DNA of 26,466 nucleotides from IMG/VR virus record IMGVR_UViG_3300032272_000061, positions 1 through 26,466 of that record; one strand, given 5' to 3'. The translations under genes were made by a program, and so were the position numbers. This stretch comes from a virus (lineage: Duplodnaviria; Caudoviricetes). Positions 25,860 through 26,466 of this stretch are shown in pieces. The first letter of the stretch is position 1; the number at the start of each line of letters is the position of its first letter. The notes under the pieces were generated by a model. The model was given only the letters and a program-made list of their open reading frames with translations. It ran no database searches and had not been told where the DNA came from.

Positions 25860-26383
25860 TAGCGGTACACGCCTCCTTGTCCAGAGCCTTGTGTGATCTG
25901 ACGCATCAGACCATCAGCTTTGGTGACGACAGGATACTTGACTCCGACAGCCCCAAGACCTGAACCTGAATACTCAGTCTCAGTTTCAATCGGACCAACT
26001 TTCTCTTTCAGCAGCTTGATGCCAGGACCACTTGATCTATCATTGTCGATGAACAAGCTGTTCGTGAGCGAGTACCGAAGATATTCAGCGGTGGCCCGTT
26101 CCAACTGGATAGGCAGCGCCACTGGATCAACGATAAAGTAATCTGTTGGGAAGCAGAGGGCTTGGTCAGCGTCGATCGGGTTTCCGGGAGCCAGCTTGCC
26201 CCAGCGGATATCGATGTACTCGGTGGTCAGACGCAGGAAGGGTTCCGTCGAGGCTTCATCAGGTGTAGCAGCGTCAGCCGTTGTATCAACACCACGAGCC
26301 GCCCAATAGGCGACATAGTCTGCATACGAGAGGTAAGTCTCGGCAGTGGCAAGTCCTGTTGCGTCTTCAACGATGATGGCCAT
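25859..26383 (-). CDS. Head-tail adaptor (family often labelled DnaT-like)
   Basis: MAIIVEDATGLATAETYLS, YWAARG, QALCFP, EKVGPIETETEY; SD GAGG. Confidence 0.8.
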   Translation of the reverse strand: MAIIVEDATGLATAETYLSYADYVAYWAARGVDTTADAATPDEASTEPFLRLTTEYIDIRWGKLAPGNPIDADQALCFPTDYFIVDPVALPIQLERATAEYLRYSLTNSLFIDNDRSSGPGIKLLKEKVGPIETETEYSGSGLGAVGVKYPVVTKADGLMRQITQGSGQGGVYR

Positions 26384-26395
26384 ACTAAACCTCTG

Positions 26396-26466
26396 TTAAA
26401 CGAATGCGAGCGAGAGGAATGGAGTTGAACGTCTCCATTCATCAAAATAGTGGACTGTTACAGTTC
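26396..26466 (-). CDS. Probable 3' end of an upstream gene, truncated by the window
   Basis: Open frame ...TVTVHYFDEWRRSTPFLSLAFV* ending 12 nt before the adaptor ATG; too short to assign. Confidence 0.4.
   Translation of the reverse strand, partial: TVTVHYFDEWRRSTPFLSLAFV

Noticed and set aside
25859-26383. DnaT-like primosomal function
   Set aside because: Position at the head of the neck gene cluster indicates a head-tail adaptor; the family label is misleading.
26417-26440. 8-bp inverted repeat GAATGGAG/CTCCATTC as terminator
   Set aside because: No U-tract, lies in a probable coding frame, and context is cut by the window edge.
1-26466. tRNA, rRNA, integrase, intron or intein
   Set aside because: No cloverleaf, recombinase motifs or splicing signatures noticed by eye; helicases and the visible RNR part are of uninterrupted length.

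Overview
A 26.5-kb piece of a tailed dsDNA siphophage genome; every supportable gene is on the minus strand. Read in the direction of transcription (right to left) it contains: (i) a neck/tail module (head-tail adaptor, head closure, tail terminator, 510-aa tail tube, tail assembly chaperone with a -1 frameshift extension absent from the ORF track, HK97 gp10-like protein, 1050-aa tape measure, three virion proteins, a 4-Cys BR0599/DUF2163-type hub, an 852-aa tail-tip protein, a 139-aa mini-fibre, and a 1030-aa adhesin with LamG, two discoidin-like, SGNH esterase and LamG domains); (ii) a lysis module (two membrane proteins, Rz/Rz1 spanins, M15 endolysin); (iii) a ~340-bp repeat-rich non-coding region that looks like a replication origin plus promoter; (iv) a DNA-metabolism module (SNF2-like helicase, two hypotheticals, SSB, RecD/Dda-like helicase, and a class II ribonucleotide reductase cut by the window edge and absent from the ORF track). 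Gene content and order resemble YuA/M6/phiJL001-type phages of Proteobacteria (recalled, not searched). The most notable non-obvious signals are an H-type RNA pseudoknot plus G-free tract in the SSB leader with T4 gene 32 operator geometry and a competing helix, a TGAGGGCRTC motif shared by the putative origin and the tail operon, and a modular esterase-armed receptor-binding apparatus. No database searches or folding calculations were run.
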